Below, in pieces: positions 59,636 through 64,000 of a stretch of DNA of 64,000 bases (its first letter is position 1; each line of letters opens with the position of its first letter). The DNA comes from Myxococcota bacterium (GTDB lineage: Bacteria > Myxococcota_A > Bradymonadia > UBA7976 > UBA1532). The notes below the pieces were generated by a model. It had not been told where the DNA came from. It saw only the letters and a program-made list of their open reading frames with translations, and searched no databases. The translations under genes were made by a program, and so were the position numbers. The DNA lies in contig JAYZEG010000058.1 in NCBI GenBank assembly GCA_036337435.1, positions 1-64,000 on the forward strand, written 5' to 3'.

Positions 59636-61786
59636 TCACTTCGCCAACCGAAAAACCACTGACATTTGGCGTCCATCAGTCGTTTGCACACGAACTCGAT
59701 GCGTGCCAGTCGATAGAGGGGCTGACGCGATCGGAGTCTCCCCCATTCCGATTCCGTTTACAGTCAGTTGCCCAGACGGTTTGGAATGAATCGCCGCACT
59801 AAACCTCGAGTTCCTGTTGAATACGCGAATGATCAATCTGACTCCATCGGGACTTTTTGCAGTCAGTAGTCTCCCCGACTGACCCACCTCATACCATCCA
59901 TTTACCGCGCCTTTTCCCATTGCTCGAAAACGGGTACCACCCGCACCGGGTCGTAACCGAGGTTTGCTCTGAATCTGTTGAACCGAGCTCTTGGAGGACA
60001 CCTGCTCTACAGATTTGGGTGCAGTCGTTTTTGAAACAGGTTGGTCATTTTCAATAGATCCGACACTCTTTGACGATTTCGTGACGGGCGATGGTGCAGC
60101 TTTTTGAACGGTGTTTTTACGGACCGGACGGGCACTGAGCTGTCGTTTCTTTTTGAGCCGCTGTTTCGCTGTCGTTTTTTTGTTCTTAGGTTTAGTAGAC
60201 ACGGGTGCCCGGCGTGTTTCACGCCGCGCCAGCTTTAGCGCATTCGGCGTTGCTTTTATGGAAACTGACCTAACCAGATTCGACGCGGATTGAGCGGCTC
60301 TTTGTTGAATGTCCAACTCTTTCTCATCGGTGACTGGATCAGGTGGTGTGGGTCTAGTTGCCTGTTTAGCGAGCCTATTGGCTGACATATCCGAAGGGGG
60401 CGGCGAGACCGCACTGTCCGATTGATGTTGGTTCTGATGATGATTTGCGGGGCGAACACCAGACGCGGATTTAACGGTCGCTTTGGTGCGCTGAATCCCG
60501 GTTTCAAGCGCGTCAGGCAACTGAACAGGCTCACGGTTAGAATAGACAAGCATCAAAGCAGTCAACCCAAGCAGAATGCCCATGAGCAGCATCCTGGACC
60601 GAACATTGCCGGCCGAGTCCGGATCAACATCGAGTAGAGTGGCTGAAAACTGGGATGGCGTGGCATCACTGGGCTCCACCGTGTTGGCCATATTTTCAGA
60701 CATGGTGGTTTCAGAAAAAAGAGGTGGCAGATCGGGACGACTTGCCGCAAAAGTCTCCTCCGTGGCTGAGACAATCTCCAATTTGTCCCGAGCGGGGGGT
60801 AGCACCGGGCTAAGGATGGGATCAGCGGCGACGGCTGTGCCTTCGCCCGTTACGTCGAATTCTGCAAAGCCACTGTCTTCTGTCTCTGGAATAGTCGCTC
60901 GGAGCCATTCCCCTAATTGAGACACGCCCAACTTGAGACCCGATGAGTGTGCGGCTGCTTCGAGAGTTGCTGCAAATTGGCCCATATCAGCGAACCGATC
61001 TCTGCGATCCGTAGACAAACTGCGCTCGATGCAAAGCCTGATCGTTTCTGGTATTTCCGGCTGAATATCTGCTAAAGCAGCTCGCAGACGACCATCGCGA
61101 ATTCGGGCCAGAGTGACCGCTGCACCCTCCGGATCGTAGAAGGCTCTTACGCCCGTCAATAATTCGAACAGGACGATGCCAAGGCTAAACTGGTCTGTGC
61201 GCTCATCAAGTGGTTTAGCCAAAGCCTGTTCGGGGCTCATGTAGCCGAATTTGCCCTTGAGAACACCATCATCATCGATTCCTTGTGCTGCAGCGTGCGC
61301 GAGACCAAAGTCAGCGATCTTTGCGTCCCCTTGGTACGACAATAGAATGTTTTGAGGCGAGACATCTCGATGAATTATATTGAGGGGCTGGCCTCGAGCG
61401 TCCTTGGCTCTATGGGCATAGTGAAGGCCGCGGGCACACTGGATCCCAATTTCGACAATCAGGTTTATAGGTAGGGTCTGAACACGCCGAGCAAGGCGTT
61501 TAAGATCTACACCCTTGACATATTCCATTGCGAGCCAAGCCCGTTCATCAGACCGTCCAAAATCAAAAATCTGAACGATATTCCGGTGAGAAAGAACCGC
61601 TGCTAACCGTGCTTCTCGCTCAAATAAATCAATAAATCTTTGCTCGTCCATGAGACGAGGCAAGATGCATTTAAGTGCCACCGTCTTTTCGAACCCACCA
61701 ACGCGTTCCAGCGCGGCTAAATACACTTCTCCCATACCACCACTGGCAATGTTGCGAATGATTTTATAGGGACCCAGGCGTTCCAT
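59636..61786 (-). CDS. Hanks-type Ser/Thr protein kinase with TM helix and C-terminal PEGA-like domain
   Basis: ASGGMGEVY, ALK, HRDVSPQN, DFG, YMSPEQ; TM helix; G.TP...L..GTHRV. Confidence 0.93.
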   Translation of the reverse strand: MERLGPYKIIRNIASGGMGEVYLAALERVGGFEKTVALKCILPRLMDEQRFIDLFEREARLAAVLSHRNIVQIFDFGRSDERAWLAMEYVKGVDLKRLARRVQTLPINLIVEIGIQCARGLHYAHRAKDARGQPLNIIHRDVSPQNILLSYQGDAKIADFGLAHAAAQGIDDDGVLKGKFGYMSPEQALAKPLDERTDQFSLGIVLFELLTGVRAFYDPEGAAVTLARIRDGRLRAALADIQPEIPETIRLCIERSLSTDRRDRFADMGQFAATLEAAAHSSGLKLGVSQLGEWLRATIPETEDSGFAEFDVTGEGTAVAADPILSPVLPPARDKLEIVSATEETFAASRPDLPPLFSETTMSENMANTVEPSDATPSQFSATLLDVDPDSAGNVRSRMLLMGILLGLTALMLVYSNREPVQLPDALETGIQRTKATVKSASGVRPANHHQNQHQSDSAVSPPPSDMSANRLAKQATRPTPPDPVTDEKELDIQQRAAQSASNLVRSVSIKATPNALKLARRETRRAPVSTKPKNKKTTAKQRLKKKRQLSARPVRKNTVQKAAPSPVTKSSKSVGSIENDQPVSKTTAPKSVEQVSSKSSVQQIQSKPRLRPGAGGTRFRAMGKGAVNGWYEVGQSGRLLTAKSPDGVRLIIRVFNRNSRFSAAIHSKPSGQLTVNGIGMGETPIASAPLSTGTHRVRVQTTDGRQMSVVFRLAK

Positions 61787-61927
61787 GGGCGTTCCTTAAG
61801 AGAGACCAATCAGGGACAATCGCTATGCAACCCTCAGGCCAAATCACCAGTAAAAACCCGTACAACTGGCAGAAACTGATTCAATCCGGTATAAGTCGCG
61901 CCCCGAGAGTAGCACAACTAGACGACA

Positions 61928-62680
61928 GTGATGAATTACCTGAGAGCATCTTACAACTGGGGTCAGACAGCCGCTCGCGCCGTCTTCTATGGAACTATCG
62001 GGTGTTCGATCGGTTGGATACCCGGTGCTCGCCGACTGACTCAGTGGTGTATGTATCGGTGGTGTCGCGACTCTGCAAACGGTCTGAAAATCCAGCGGCA
62101 TCTCTATGGTTCAGAACATCTGGAAGCAAACCCACGAGCGATTTTGGTCGCGAATCATTTATCAACCCTCGATATCCTCGTTCTCGGCGGATTCCTAACA
62201 CGGGATTACCGATGGCTAGCCAAATCCACTTTATTCAAGGTTCCATTCTCCGGTTGGTACTTGACTCTAGCCGGACACATTCCTGTTCGGCGAGATCTGG
62301 GCTCGGATGAGCGAACCAGATTAGTCGAGCAAGGCATTGCAAAAGTTGTTGAAGAAGGGGCCAGTGTGCTGTTTTTTCCAGAAGGCACCCGGAGCGAAAG
62401 CGGACAACTTAGGGCGTTCAGGATTGGGGCGTTTATGGCCGCAGTGCGTCATGACCTGCCCATCATCCCATTGGTGCTTCGAGGAACTCATGAGTTAATG
62501 GTCAAGGGCGCAAAAGACCTATCGATCAGAGCTGATCGGTCTTGTTCGGTCACCGCATTGCCACCAATTTCGGCCCAAGAAGGGGGTTCAGGAACTGAAA
62601 AAGAACGGGCGGAACGACTGAAAGATATTTGCTTCGAACAGTTTCAAAATGAACTTGCCACGCGCAGAGTTGAGCCATGA
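61928..62680 (+). CDS. plsC: 1-acyl-sn-glycerol-3-phosphate (lysophospholipid) acyltransferase
   Basis: NHLSTLD and FFPEGTRS motifs. Confidence 0.88.
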   Translation: MMNYLRASYNWGQTAARAVFYGTIGCSIGWIPGARRLTQWCMYRWCRDSANGLKIQRHLYGSEHLEANPRAILVANHLSTLDILVLGGFLTRDYRWLAKSTLFKVPFSGWYLTLAGHIPVRRDLGSDERTRLVEQGIAKVVEEGASVLFFPEGTRSESGQLRAFRIGAFMAAVRHDLPIIPLVLRGTHELMVKGAKDLSIRADRSCSVTALPPISAQEGGSGTEKERAERLKDICFEQFQNELATRRVEP

Positions 62681-63030
62681 GCCAAGCTGGAGAGTTCACT
62701 GTTGTCTTTAAAAACGCCGATGGAGAATGGCGGACAACAGTGCCCGAGGGGAGCAGTCTGCTTGACGCAGCACAAGCATGCGATGCACCGGTTCATACCC
62801 TTTGTAACGGCATCGGCGCATGTGTGCAGTGCAAGGTCAAAGTGCTCGAAAACCCCGACAACTTATCGACGCCTGAATCACTTGAAACAGAATTAATTGG
62901 TAATTTGTACCACATCACACAAGAAAGACTAGGCTGCCAAGCGCGGGTCTCAGGCAACGTCACCATAGAGCCATTACCCGTCCGACTACCCAAAAAGAAA
63001 CGTAAGTTTCGACCGCCAAGAATGCGCTGA
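62677..63030 (+). CDS. 2Fe-2S ferredoxin
   Basis: CNGIGACVQC...RLGCQ. Confidence 0.92.
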   Translation: MSQAGEFTVVFKNADGEWRTTVPEGSSLLDAAQACDAPVHTLCNGIGACVQCKVKVLENPDNLSTPESLETELIGNLYHITQERLGCQARVSGNVTIEPLPVRLPKKKRKFRPPRMR

Positions 63031-63070
63031 ACTCAGTTGTCTTACTGGACTCGAAAAAAAGCCTGATATC

Positions 63071-63086
63071 TGGCATGATATGCGCA
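63071..63086 (+). promoter_or_regulatory. Candidate sigma54 (-24/-12) promoter
   Basis: TGGCATGATATGCGCA with GG-N10-GC spacing exact. Confidence 0.5.
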
Positions 63087-63123
63087 CATGGAGAGCGAGT
63101 TCATGCTTTCGCGGGGAGGCTAA

Positions 63124-63243
63124 ATGGCTAAGCGAACATTCACTGGCTCACATCAACTCTCGACGGAGCTCAATTTGGATATCGCTGACGACCACTCGGT
63201 CGACTCAAACAAGCGCATCTCAGTTTTTGGGAATCATCACTGA
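63124..63243 (+). CDS. Small ORF (39 aa) upstream of GT2
   Basis: SD GGGGAGG 4 nt before ATG; stop codon lies 1 nt before the GT2 ATG. Confidence 0.4.
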   Translation: MAKRTFTGSHQLSTELNLDIADDHSVDSNKRISVFGNHH

Positions 63244-63244
63244 A

Positions 63245-64000
63245 ATGTATCGTAATCTTAAGATCTGTGTGGTGATTCCAGCACACCAAGAAAACCGTCT
63301 GCTGCCCAGAACGCTCGAAACGATCCCGACTTATGTCGATGGAATTATCGTCATCGATGATGGCAGTACGGACGGGACTGGTGAGATTGCAAGCCAATGG
63401 CCTGACAAGCGGGTTCGTGTGATTCACCACAGCCATAATCAAGGAGTCGGCGCAGCCATCGTGACAGGCTATGCGAAAACGCTCGAACTCGATTTTGATG
63501 CGGTCGTTGTTGTCGGTGCTGATGCCCAAATGGATCCCGATGAAATGAATGGCCTGCTCGATCCGCTCGTAGCCGATCAGGCAGACTATGTAAAAGGCGA
63601 TCGGCTTGGTCATCCTGAGTTGAAATCCAGAATGCCGCTGAGCCGCCGAATCGGGAATGCTGCGTTGACAGTGCTCACTCGCTGGAGTAGCGGATATGAG
63701 CATATTCGAGACTCTCAGTGTGGATATACCGCCATCTCCACGCGCACACTGCGGCGCATCGATTTGCAAGCATTATACTGTCGGTATGGATTTCCAAATG
63801 ATGTGCTTGCAAAACTTGCTGAAGTTCAAGCCCGTGTGATCGATCGACCGGTCAGTCCTATCTATGGTTCTGAATCCTCAGGCATTCGAATCTATAAGGT
63901 CATATTGCCCATCTTCTGGCTGCTGATTCGATCAGGGGTTCGGCGATATTTTAGACAACGGGAAGCAAAGACGCGGCTCAATCGGAACCCATCTAATCAA
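63245..64000 (+). CDS. Glycosyltransferase family 2 (DPM1-like), runs off the window; absent from the ORF track
   Basis: MYRNLKICVVIPAHQE, VIDDGSTD, NQGVG, ADAQMDP, DSQCGY, RYGFPND. Confidence 0.9.
   Translation, partial: MYRNLKICVVIPAHQENRLLPRTLETIPTYVDGIIVIDDGSTDGTGEIASQWPDKRVRVIHHSHNQGVGAAIVTGYAKTLELDFDAVVVVGADAQMDPDEMNGLLDPLVADQADYVKGDRLGHPELKSRMPLSRRIGNAALTVLTRWSSGYEHIRDSQCGYTAISTRTLRRIDLQALYCRYGFPNDVLAKLAEVQARVIDRPVSPIYGSESSGIRIYKVILPIFWLLIRSGVRRYFRQREAKTRLNRNPSNQ

Noticed and set aside
63170..63769. 199-aa minus-strand ORF
   Set aside because: Antisense to the GT2 gene, which the track omitted because it has no stop in the window

Overview
A gene-dense chromosomal segment of roughly 52% GC (estimated by eye). 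It is inferred to come from a Myxococcota-like (former Deltaproteobacteria) bacterium, based on Hanks kinases with PEGA domains, FHA/DUF4388 proteins, MopE-type Asp/Cys repeats, a MYXO-CTERM-like signal and a long S41 peptidase. Core genes include dnaG-rpoD-tRNA-Ile2(CAT)-zinc-ribbon protein-5' end of rnpB, tatA, pssA, comEC, an ECF sigma/anti-sigma pair, an Slt transglycosylase, ffh, an Hsp70/J-protein-cdsA-rseP-tsaB-gpsA-prmC operon, panB-panC, a plsC-like acyltransferase, a ferredoxin and a truncated GT2. I saw no mobile element, prophage or CRISPR array. The best candidate for an undescribed system is a 1388-aa ORF (28231-32397, minus strand) that looks like a polyprotein of two surface lipoproteins. 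It has an N-terminal lipobox and BPI/LBP(TULIP)-like region, an internal MYXO-CTERM-like sorting signal whose Arg tail doubles as the n-region of a second lipoprotein signal (with an embedded Shine-Dalgarno), and then a Cys-rich plus beta-propeller half. Other points of interest: pan-motif-like bulged-A hairpins before panB; several apparent pseudoenzymes (sulfatase, FGE, cyclophilin, HD-GYP); a Kazal/antistasin/MopE mosaic lipoprotein; and a sigma54-like promoter preceding an unannotated 39-aa ORF. All family calls come from motif recognition by eye; no database search was run.
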